Shown in pieces: positions 29,788 to 37,796 of a DNA stretch of 64,000 bases. The stretch's first letter is position 1. Each line of letters starts with the position of its first letter. Source of the DNA: Patescibacteria group bacterium (GTDB lineage: Bacteria; Patescibacteriota; UBA1384; DATEAH01); contig DATEAH010000005.1 of NCBI GenBank assembly GCA_035288465.1, positions 131,636 through 195,635 of the forward strand, written 5' to 3'. Both the position numbers and the translations under genes were made by a program. A model generated the notes under the pieces. It made no database searches. It had not been told where the DNA came from and worked only from the letters and a program-made list of their open reading frames with translations.

Positions 29788-31620
29788 TTATTTTTTTCGA
29801 GATGAGGCTTTTTTATTTTCTTGCCAGCCAACATACCAATAGTATACCCAAAAAGCGATTACTAAAGCAGCTAAAATTATGCCAATAATAAGTGGCCAAT
29901 TTGTGGGTGCCTCTTCGGTTGTTTTTTCGCCCTCAACTGTGCCTTCGTCTTCTAAGGGTGTCGGGGTTGGTTCAGCAACAGCGGGAGCAGGTTTAGTTTC
30001 AACCACTGCTGAAGCAATTTGGGGTTGTTGAGTTTCAGTTCCAACCCGGGTGACGCTGGCCGGCATATCTGGCGCAATTATAATTAATTTTGGAGTAGCA
30101 GAGATGGTAACTTCATTAGATTTATTACCGGCTAAATCAAAGGCAATAATTTTATAAATATAGGTCTTACCGCCAATGACGCTGGTATCTTTATAGAAAT
30201 TATCGGTTGTGTCTGCAATCCATTTAAAGGGACTACCGCTACGATAAATCATATAATATGCCGCATCTAAGTCATCAGCCCAATAAAGAGATATGTATCC
30301 TTCACCAGAAATAGCCAATAAATTTTGTGGTGCTTGCGGCGGAACATTATCCTCAATAGTTAAATCGGCGGTGCTTTGTGAGAGATTATTAGCTGAATCT
30401 AAAATATTAATTGTCAAACTATAAATCTGGTTCGTGTTATTTATTAGGTTTGGGTAAAAAACAAGAGAATAAATATTATCTCCAGCAGTTTGATCACCAT
30501 TGGTGCCATCGTCATAGAGCGACGAAATACCCAAACCGCTATCCACAGCCGTTAAATCAATATTGACACTCCCAATACTAATATTGTCAGTAATTTCAGC
30601 AGTAATTAAAACCGGCTGAGAACCATTACCTTTAACTGTATTGGGGGTAAGAATTATATTGGAAATTTCGGGTAAAACCGTATCAATATCAAGATTATTA
30701 CCAGAAGATTGGCCCACATCAGAAATATTTCCGGCAGGGTCGATTAAAGTAGCATCTAAAATTTCAACATTATCTGCTGAAAAATCACTTGCCAAGACCG
30801 TGTAGGTGGCAGAATAAGTGCCATCGCCATTATCTGTCCATGACAAAGTTTGGCCGTTAAAAGAACCATTAGCGGTTAGACCTGCTTCCAGATTTTCAGC
30901 CGTAATGGTAATTTGAATCTGACCACCAATTCCCAATAAGGCTGAACTGGGATTAAAGGTGATTTGGCTAATTTGAGGCGTGGTAATATCTAAAAAAACG
31001 GTCGCTGAATAATGCGGTGAATAACTATATCCTGAGCTAATAAATGTCCTAAATTGAACGTACACAATTCTTGGCCCGTCTGTGCCAGCAGCTAATGTCC
31101 AATTTCTAGTTGTCGAATACGCCTCAAAAACTGAAAAATGGATATCATCATTTGAAAATCTCATTTCATCGGGCGTCACGTCGTTTCGGCTGCCAGAAAT
31201 AGTTAAAACCACTTCCCTATTAATATCAGTGGCATAAGTGGCTCCGCCGTCAATCAAAATCGAACCCACCCAAGAAACTACCTGGGGTTGAATTTGCGAA
31301 GAGCTGGCTTTGACTGGCAGGGTTGATGAGATAGTTCGGGTCGGTTGGGTTGAGGCAGTAATTGATTTGATGGGTACGTCTTTAACTTTGGGTAAGGTCG
31401 GCTGGTTGTCGACATCTTTAACTTGCGGTAAAGTTTCAAAATCATCATTTGTTTGAGATTCATTTGTTAAATTCGCTTCAGAATTTTCCGATTGGGCAAG
31501 ATTTTTTACAGCCCCAATATTTTGTACCGCCGCTCTCGCAACCCCCACAAAAGTAAATTGGCTCATTAAGCTCAAAGCTAATAAATAAGATAATAATTTT
31601 TTCACCACTTCCTCCTTCAT
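29788..31620 (-). CDS. large cell-surface protein with Ig-like/fibronectin-like repeats and C-terminal TM anchor
   Basis: signal peptide MKEEVVKKLLSYLLALSLMS, beta-rich repeats, C-terminal WPLIIGIILAALVIAFWVYYWY; start trimmed relative to ORF-track 31710 because upstream is a structured leader. Confidence 0.5.
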   Translation of the reverse strand: MKEEVVKKLLSYLLALSLMSQFTFVGVARAAVQNIGAVKNLAQSENSEANLTNESQTNDDFETLPQVKDVDNQPTLPKVKDVPIKSITASTQPTRTISSTLPVKASSSQIQPQVVSWVGSILIDGGATYATDINREVVLTISGSRNDVTPDEMRFSNDDIHFSVFEAYSTTRNWTLAAGTDGPRIVYVQFRTFISSGYSYSPHYSATVFLDITTPQISQITFNPSSALLGIGGQIQITITAENLEAGLTANGSFNGQTLSWTDNGDGTYSATYTVLASDFSADNVEILDATLIDPAGNISDVGQSSGNNLDIDTVLPEISNIILTPNTVKGNGSQPVLITAEITDNISIGSVNIDLTAVDSGLGISSLYDDGTNGDQTAGDNIYSLVFYPNLINNTNQIYSLTINILDSANNLSQSTADLTIEDNVPPQAPQNLLAISGEGYISLYWADDLDAAYYMIYRSGSPFKWIADTTDNFYKDTSVIGGKTYIYKIIAFDLAGNKSNEVTISATPKLIIIAPDMPASVTRVGTETQQPQIASAVVETKPAPAVAEPTPTPLEDEGTVEGEKTTEEAPTNWPLIIGIILAALVIAFWVYYWYVGWQENKKASSRKK

Positions 31621-31984
31621 CTCGAGCTTAGTCGAGAGATTATTTTTAATTTTTAACCCGCCTTCGTCCCCCACTAACAGCCGGGGGCTTAGGCGAGGTT
31701 TTCGCTCCAACTTGGCAGAGCTTCAAAAACCACAAATCAATAAAAGCAACCTTGGCTGCTCAAACTGATTTGTGGTTGGTCTCACTATTTTGCACCCATA
31801 ATTCCAAGTGGCCGAATAAAGAATCATAGGTTAAAGTTAAACCACGAAATTTTTCAATCTCACCCTAAGACTGGTGTCCTAAGACGCAAAAAAAAGAGGT
31901 TTCCCCTCCCTTTATTATAAAACCTTTTTTACAATTTAATTGTATTATTTATATTCCTACTGTCAAGCCTGACTTATCCACAGA

Positions 31985-32707
31985 TTATTTAAAAACTAAT
32001 AAAAGGTTTTTAGTAAAAATTTTTCTAAAATTAGTGGCAGTGTCTAACCATGAATTTGCATATTTTTCCATAAATTTTCCCCAGATTTTAAATTCATTAA
32101 AATTATCACCTTGAGGATTGGTGGGGATAGAAGTATTTTGATTTAATACTGAACTTGAATGAGTTGGAACAGATTTGGTAATATCGCGATTGGCGGCTTG
32201 AGGAGCTGGACCAATTTGAGTCCCAAACATTTGCACCACCACCGTGGTATTAGAACCTGAAAATTCACCACTCATAACTGCAATTCCAATTTCATTAAAA
32301 TCAGGATCTAAAATATTGGCACGGTGAGAAGGGCTGTTCATCCAAGCCGCAAAAACGGTATTGGAATCTTCAAAATCAATCGCTAAGTTTTCGCCGGCAG
32401 TGCGGTAATTATAACCCACAAGCTTAAACCAATACCAAGAAGTTAAACCTTCGGGAGAGGCATGGGCAAAATAATCTTTGGCAAGCATGTCATTGGCTTT
32501 GGCGGCAGCGGCTTGGTTTAATTTTGAATTTATTGATAAGGGAGCAACCCTATTATCTAAGCGAGCCGAGTTAGTTAAACTAAAAATACTATTGGTGCTA
32601 ATTTGCGCCAAAACAGTTTGAGGAACTAAACCGACAATAATAAAAGAAATCGAGAGAGCAACGACTTTGAATTGGTTTAAAATTTTATTTTTGTTTTGAG
32701 AATTCAT
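31985..32707 (-). CDS. CAP/SCP (PR-1-like) domain secreted protein
   Basis: GENLA...AWMNSPSHRANIL CAP signature; signal peptide after internal Met (start placed at 32707). Confidence 0.6.
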   Translation of the reverse strand: MNSQNKNKILNQFKVVALSISFIIVGLVPQTVLAQISTNSIFSLTNSARLDNRVAPLSINSKLNQAAAAKANDMLAKDYFAHASPEGLTSWYWFKLVGYNYRTAGENLAIDFEDSNTVFAAWMNSPSHRANILDPDFNEIGIAVMSGEFSGSNTTVVVQMFGTQIGPAPQAANRDITKSVPTHSSSVLNQNTSIPTNPQGDNFNEFKIWGKFMEKYANSWLDTATNFRKIFTKNLLLVFK

Positions 32708-32954
32708 AAAAACCCTGTCCGGATCGGCCCTCAACCTTCCATTGGGGTTTTTAAACATTATATTATTATATCAAAAAAATTATCATTTGTCAACCCAAGA
32801 TGAATTATCGCAATTTTTAAATTTTTAATGATCACTAAAAACGAAGCTAAAATTAGGCTATCCCCAAGTTATCCACTTGCCAAAACCTTATTTTGCAAAT
32901 AAAATGCAATTGGGAATAGTTTGCAGAATATTAATTAACCTGTGGATAACTATA

Positions 32955-33367
32955 TGGATAACTTTCAAAATAAATACAAATGGCAAAAGCTGACTAACCA
33001 ACGCACGCAGATTTTGGAATTTTTACAAACGAATTTAAACCACCCCACGGCCGAAGAAATCCATCAAGCTATCAGGCCATATTTAGCCAGGCTAAGTTTA
33101 TCAACTATATATAGGAACCTGAGAAGCTTAGAATCAGAAGGAGTGGTTAGCTCAATTAAGACTCCGGATAGAAAAATTCATTTTGAACATGCTGGTGCTG
33201 ATCACGCCCATTTTTATTGCCTTTTTTGCCGAAAATTGATCCAACTGCCTCTAGCCGAAATTATTGACATTAAAAAACGCCTGGCGATTAAAAATTACCA
33301 GGTTCAAAAAGTTGATATTATTTTTGAAGGCATCTGCCCAGATTGTGTTTTAAAAAAACTTGAGTAA
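32955..33367 (+). CDS. fur: Fur-family metal-responsive transcriptional regulator
   Basis: winged-helix N-term, HAGADHAHFYCLFC and CPDC metal-site motifs. Confidence 0.75.
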
Positions 33368-33790
33368 ATTATTTTTTATTTTATAAGAATTGCAATGCCC
33401 CAATAAGCCCAGATAAGAAGACAAATTTTTATGATTAATCTTTTTAAACATCCTTTTTTGGGTTTTAGCTCTTAAGAGCCGATAATGTGGCAAAACCACA
33501 TAGCCCAAGAAATCTATACCTTGTCTTAATTTACGAATGATGATTTTGTTTGGATATAAATTCAAGCTGAGTTTTTTGTTTAAAAAATTTATAATAGGAT
33601 TTAATAACTTTATTAAGTTATCTCTGTCAGCGTCTAAAAACACAAAGTCATCGCAATAGCGAAGATAATACTTAATTTTCAAATAGTGCTTTATGAATTT
33701 ATCCAGCTCGCCAAGATAAATATTGGCGAAAAGTTGGGAGGTTAAATTGCCGATTGGAATTCCCCTTTTCCACCTTCCGCCAGCTGGCGG
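33350..33790 (-). pseudogene. N-terminally truncated reverse transcriptase, DGR-type (motif 4 IGNLTSQ)
   Basis: open frame gives ...RGIPIGNLTSQLFANIYL (motif 4 with [I]GxxxSQ, the DGR hallmark), YCDDFVFL (motif 5), GIDFLGY (motif 7); frame closed by a stop ~33790, so motifs 1-3 are missing. Confidence 0.55.
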
Positions 33791-33953
33791 AGTGGATTTT
33801 GTCCCACGAAAGTGGGATTATAGGTGCATCCCGCACTTAGCGAGAATTGTCCATATTTTAGCATAGCTCAGTTAAAAAGTTAAGACCAAAAACGAAAATT
33901 AGTTATTTTAAACTATTATAAACTTTTATGTTAAAATGAAATCAAGAGGGAAA

Positions 33954-35633
33954 ATGCTGAATAAAATTGCGAAAAATTTATTAAACTTTGTTTTTTTAGC
34001 GATTTTATTAATTTTACCTATCAAATCACATGCCCAAACAGAAGCGATTAGAAATCTTAACGCCGAAATTACAGTTGAAAAAACAGGTTTAGTCGATATT
34101 GTGGAAACAATTGACTATTATTTTCCTACTGCCAAACATGGCATTTATCGCTATATTCCAAATCGATTCAAAGAGAGCTCTGGCCGCAAATTCAAAACTG
34201 AGCTCAAAATTCTAAAAATTAAGAATGAAAAAGGGAAGTCTATCCCCTACACCACTAGTCAAAATGGCGATAATTTAGAAATTAAAATCGGTGATGCCAA
34301 CAAAACGGTTAATGGTGATTATCAATATCAAATTCATTATCAAATTTCTGGTGTAATCAATAGTTTTTCAGATCATGATGAGCTGTACTGGAATGTCACC
34401 GGCACTGGCTGGGAAGTACCAATTGAAAAAGCCCAAGCGCGAGTGGTTTTACCAGATGTGATAAATCCCGCCAGTCTTCAAGATCGCTGTTTCACTGGTT
34501 CACAAGGTGCCACAAATGAAAATTGTTCAAAAAGTATCAATCAAAATCTGGTCGATTTTTCAGCCAGCGGAAATTTAACCGTGGTGGTAGGCTGGGAAAA
34601 AGGGGTAGTCACAATCCCCGCTCGAGAATATGTTTTTTCCGGTTTTAATTCTTGGTGGTTAATGATAATTCCATTTGTGGTTTTTTTGCTCTTTTCCTAT
34701 ATATTATTAAAATTTGGCCGAGATCCCAAAAAAATCACCACCATTGCCCCGGAATTTTCGCCACCGCAAAATTTGACAATTCCGGAAATGGGCACGATTT
34801 TGGATGACCGCGTCGAACCTGCTGATTTGACTTCGCAAATAATTTTTTGGGCCACCAAAGGATATATTAAAATCAAAGAGGAAGAAAAAACCTTTTTGCG
34901 GGGCCAAAATTATACTTTAATCAAACTCAAGGATCTGCCCCAACATGCCAAATCTTTTGAAAAAATGTTTTTTGAAGCCTTATTTGAAAACCAACAAAAA
35001 GTGAAGCTTTCCGAACTTAAAGTAAAAACCACTTTTTATAAAAAGTGGCGAGAAATTTCACAAAAAATTTATACAGATTTAATGATCGAAAAGTATTTTC
35101 CCCAAAATCCAGATAAAATTCGAAAAAAATATCTTTGGATTGGCCTTGGCATTATCATTGCCGCCGCGATCGCGGGCCCGTTACTTTTATCATATACTTT
35201 GGGCATTGCCCTATTTCTAACTGCCGCAACCGTGATGATTTTTGGCTATTTTATGCCCAGAAAAACCTTAAAAGGTGTAGCGGCTTTGCAAAAAATATTG
35301 GGTTTTAAAGAATATATTACTAAGGTAGAAAAATATCGCACGCATTGGGCAGAAGATGAAAATATTTTCTTGGATTTTCTGCCATACGCAATTTTGTTTG
35401 GCGTGGGTGATAAATGGGCAAAAACTTTTAAAGATATTTACAAAGAACAACCCGACTGGTATGAGGGTAATTGGACGACTTTTAACACCATGGTTTTTAT
35501 AAGTAATTTAAATGGTTTTAATAGCACTTGGTCTGGGGCAGTTTCCGGAGCAGCTTCAGGTTCGTCTGGTTTTTCGGGTGGTGGTGGTTTTTCTGGCGGT
35601 GGTTTTGGCGGTGGCGGTGGCGGCAGCTGGTAA
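33954..35633 (+). CDS. DUF2207-family membrane protein with Gly-rich C-terminal tail
   Basis: N-terminal signal/anchor, extracellular domain, central TM helices, C-terminal SGFSGGGGFSGGGFGGGGGGSW; start at second ATG (AAGAGGG SD). Confidence 0.6.
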   Translation: MLNKIAKNLLNFVFLAILLILPIKSHAQTEAIRNLNAEITVEKTGLVDIVETIDYYFPTAKHGIYRYIPNRFKESSGRKFKTELKILKIKNEKGKSIPYTTSQNGDNLEIKIGDANKTVNGDYQYQIHYQISGVINSFSDHDELYWNVTGTGWEVPIEKAQARVVLPDVINPASLQDRCFTGSQGATNENCSKSINQNLVDFSASGNLTVVVGWEKGVVTIPAREYVFSGFNSWWLMIIPFVVFLLFSYILLKFGRDPKKITTIAPEFSPPQNLTIPEMGTILDDRVEPADLTSQIIFWATKGYIKIKEEEKTFLRGQNYTLIKLKDLPQHAKSFEKMFFEALFENQQKVKLSELKVKTTFYKKWREISQKIYTDLMIEKYFPQNPDKIRKKYLWIGLGIIIAAAIAGPLLLSYTLGIALFLTAATVMIFGYFMPRKTLKGVAALQKILGFKEYITKVEKYRTHWAEDENIFLDFLPYAILFGVGDKWAKTFKDIYKEQPDWYEGNWTTFNTMVFISNLNGFNSTWSGAVSGAASGSSGFSGGGGFSGGGFGGGGGGSW

Positions 35634-35650
35634 AATTGTAAACAAAAAAT

Positions 35651-35721
35651 GGGCCTGGCAGGGATCGAACCTGCGACATGACGCTTATAAGACGTCCGCT
35701 CTGCCACTGAGCTACAGGCCC
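35651..35721 (-). tRNA. tRNA-Ile (anticodon TAT)
   Basis: GGGCCTG/CAGGCCC acceptor, D-arm GCTCAGTGGCAGAGC, anticodon loop CTTATAA (UAU), T-arm GCAGGTTCGATCCCTGC, discriminator A. Confidence 0.7.
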
Positions 35722-35770
35722 CCATTTATACCTAATTATACTTAAAATTGCTCTAAAAGGCAATTTTTTA

Positions 35771-35799
35771 TTGTCTTTATCAAATAATCATGCTATGAT
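35771..35799 (+). promoter_or_regulatory. sigma70-like promoter TTGTCT-N17-TATGAT (TGn extended -10)
   Basis: upstream of the three-gene GC-rich operon starting 35854. Confidence 0.4.
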
Positions 35800-35853
35800 T
35801 TATTTAATCCCGCGACACCTGCCGTAACGCCAGAAACCCGGAGGTAAACCGCG

Positions 35854-36348
35854 ATGTCAAACCCAAGAACTCCCTTAACCCAAATTGGCGAATTGCTTGG
35901 AATTGGTGACTTGGCCGAATACATCTTGCACGATCTGAATCCTGAATACCCTGCCTTGTCCCTTAGAATATCTGACTTAAACCGCGAAGTGGTGTATCAG
36001 TCTTTGCTCGAGATGGTTCTTCAAGCTTTAGAGGGCGACCGGATCATCAACCAGCCCACTTCTCCACTTAGATTGGCAATCGGTCCAGCAGTAGAAGCCT
36101 GCCGAGCCTACAATATTCTTTATGGCACGCTTGGTCGCCGCGGCACGCTTGGTTTACCGGAAAAACATTTTAGCGAAATGATTTGGCCCTATCAACTGGC
36201 CCTGACCAATTTCTTGGAACGTCCAGCAGATAAAACAGATGAAAACGAAGTTAAGATTTTAACTGAGTTCTTGGAAGGACTTCTTGGGTTCTTGGTCTGG
36301 GCAACTGCGATGATTCAGGAAGGATCTGACCCCTTTGACAGAAAATAG
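35854..36348 (+). CDS. hypothetical protein (164 aa), no recognisable domain
   Basis: GGAGGT SD + ATG; ~47% GC versus ~34% backbone. Confidence 0.5.
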   Translation: MSNPRTPLTQIGELLGIGDLAEYILHDLNPEYPALSLRISDLNREVVYQSLLEMVLQALEGDRIINQPTSPLRLAIGPAVEACRAYNILYGTLGRRGTLGLPEKHFSEMIWPYQLALTNFLERPADKTDENEVKILTEFLEGLLGFLVWATAMIQEGSDPFDRK

Positions 36349-36409
36349 TTTCATACGTTATCCATTTCGCCTGATGCGCACCGCGAGCAACCAGCAGAGG
36401 TGAGCTGAG

Positions 36410-36880
36410 ATGGCAGATAATGACGCAGTATCGCAAGTTGCTAATGCTTTTAATCTTGCTGCAGTAGTCGAGGCGATTCTTTATGAAGATTGGGAGACAC
36501 TTTTCAGCGGTCAAGGACATGCTAAAGGTGGGGCGGCAGAATATGAAGCTAATCGATTGGAAAGATTATCACACGTTACTGCGTTTCTTGAATCGGCAAT
36601 AATCGGTTATGAAATAATTATTGACCCAGGCCAAGCTACTAGATACGAAGGTGATTCAGCAAATACCTTTTGTAATAACTTCAGATTAGTTCAGTCTGCT
36701 TTTGAGAAAAATGAAATTAAAGATATTGAGCAGGCTTATCGGCATCTTCTGAATTTAGTTGAAATATTAAAAACCGTCCCCGAAATCATAACTAAATTAT
36801 TCGAGCTTCGTAATTCCTTAGGAGCGCTTGAAAGTCAATTACGAGACCAAGCCAAACAAACTCTTGGAGTGGAGGGGTGA
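36410..36880 (+). CDS. hypothetical protein (156 aa), no recognisable domain
   Basis: SD/start cassette AGGTGAGCTGAGATGG. Confidence 0.5.
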   Translation: MADNDAVSQVANAFNLAAVVEAILYEDWETLFSGQGHAKGGAAEYEANRLERLSHVTAFLESAIIGYEIIIDPGQATRYEGDSANTFCNNFRLVQSAFEKNEIKDIEQAYRHLLNLVEILKTVPEIITKLFELRNSLGALESQLRDQAKQTLGVEG

Positions 36881-36886
36881 GCTGAA

Positions 36887-37411
36887 ATGGATCAGCGAGA
36901 GCTTGAGAAGAAGCATAAACCCGAAAGGTATCCAGAACTTTATGGCGAGGAGTTGATTCGGAAAACACACGAAGCGGCAATGGCAATATTTCGAACTACG
37001 GCATTTATTAAAGATCAAACTATTAGAGATTATCCCGAAAGTGTTGTCCCACAATTTGAAATTCTCTGCCAATTTCTAATTGCCTCAGGGTGCGCCTTTA
37101 AACATTTTATGACTGATCCGAACGAACGAAGTTCTATCCCGCCAACCTTTAATCATTTTGAGATGATACAGTTTTTCGTCAGATTCGCCCACACCTTTGA
37201 CAATAAATTCAGTCCCGAAATCAAAGATTATAAAGATGGTTTCGAACCTCTGACCCAACTTCTGCAGAGATTCGAACTGGCCCTTTTCAATTATATGCAT
37301 AACCCAACCCTGACTGTCACCGATGATTTTCGACAATTGGTCATTTGTATTTCTCGGACCTACGAAGCTTATTATAATGAAGGTTTTAGGCGCCATCGCC
37401 TAGCTGCATAA
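36887..37411 (+). CDS. hypothetical protein (174 aa), no recognisable domain
   Basis: SD/start cassette GGGGTGAGCTGAAATGG that contains the TGA stop of the upstream gene. Confidence 0.5.
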   Translation: MDQRELEKKHKPERYPELYGEELIRKTHEAAMAIFRTTAFIKDQTIRDYPESVVPQFEILCQFLIASGCAFKHFMTDPNERSSIPPTFNHFEMIQFFVRFAHTFDNKFSPEIKDYKDGFEPLTQLLQRFELALFNYMHNPTLTVTDDFRQLVICISRTYEAYYNEGFRRHRLAA

Positions 37412-37426
37412 TTAGAATTATCACCT

Positions 37427-37479
37427 GCCCCGTGAGGCTAAAAACACTTTTTTGCCCTGCGGGGATTTTTTTATAGGCT
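37427..37479 (+). terminator. terminator-like hairpin + T-run after the three-gene operon
   Basis: CCCCG...CGGGG stem followed by ATTTTTTTAT. Confidence 0.4.
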
Positions 37480-37533
37480 CGGTGCCCATAATCCCGCCTT
37501 CCAAGCGTTATGACAGGTAACTTTGCGGGGTGA
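37475..37533 (+). repeat. island-associated repeat copy 1 (TGCCCATAATCCCGC ... GCGGGGTGAT hairpin element)
   Basis: ~75% identical over ~90 bp to the copy at 40515-40612; shares the ATAATCCCGC...GCGGGAT hairpin with 45499-45546. Confidence 0.5.
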
Positions 37534-37673
37534 TTCAACTCGATGGCGATAATCCCGATTTTACCTCCTTGACCCCGCACAATATTTAATATTCGCGAAG
37601 ATCTACGTTCTCGACTCAAGCGTCATATATGCGGGGTCTACGCCCCGCTCCGTGCGTAGCTCTGGTGTGGGGC

Positions 37674-37702
37674 TTGACAAACCCATTTTATTTTGCTATA
37701 AT
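37674..37702 (+). promoter_or_regulatory. perfect sigma70-consensus promoter TTGACA-N17-TATAAT
   Basis: TTGACA 37674-37679, 17-nt spacer, TATAAT 37697-37702; preceded by GCGGGG-TCTAC-GCCCCGC hairpin; drives the L,D-transpeptidase gene. Confidence 0.5.
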
Positions 37703-37796
37703 GGTATAATTTGAAAAATGTCTCGTCAACCATTGATTGAGACACGGTCCTCAATAAGGAGGGGGCTGTCAAAAACAAAAATAGAAAAGGAAAAAA

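Noticed and set aside
31955-32950. Chromosomal replication origin
   Set aside because: Only three DnaA-box-like sites are present. No dnaA or dnaN is adjacent and there is no obvious AT-rich DUE with 13-mers. It is reported only as a DnaA-box cluster.
35438-35763. ORF-track ORFs 35438..35725 (-), 35512..35745 (+), 35518..35763 (-)
   Set aside because: They overlap the tRNA-Ile gene and the poly-Gly-coding tail of the DUF2207 gene. They are low-complexity translations and spurious.
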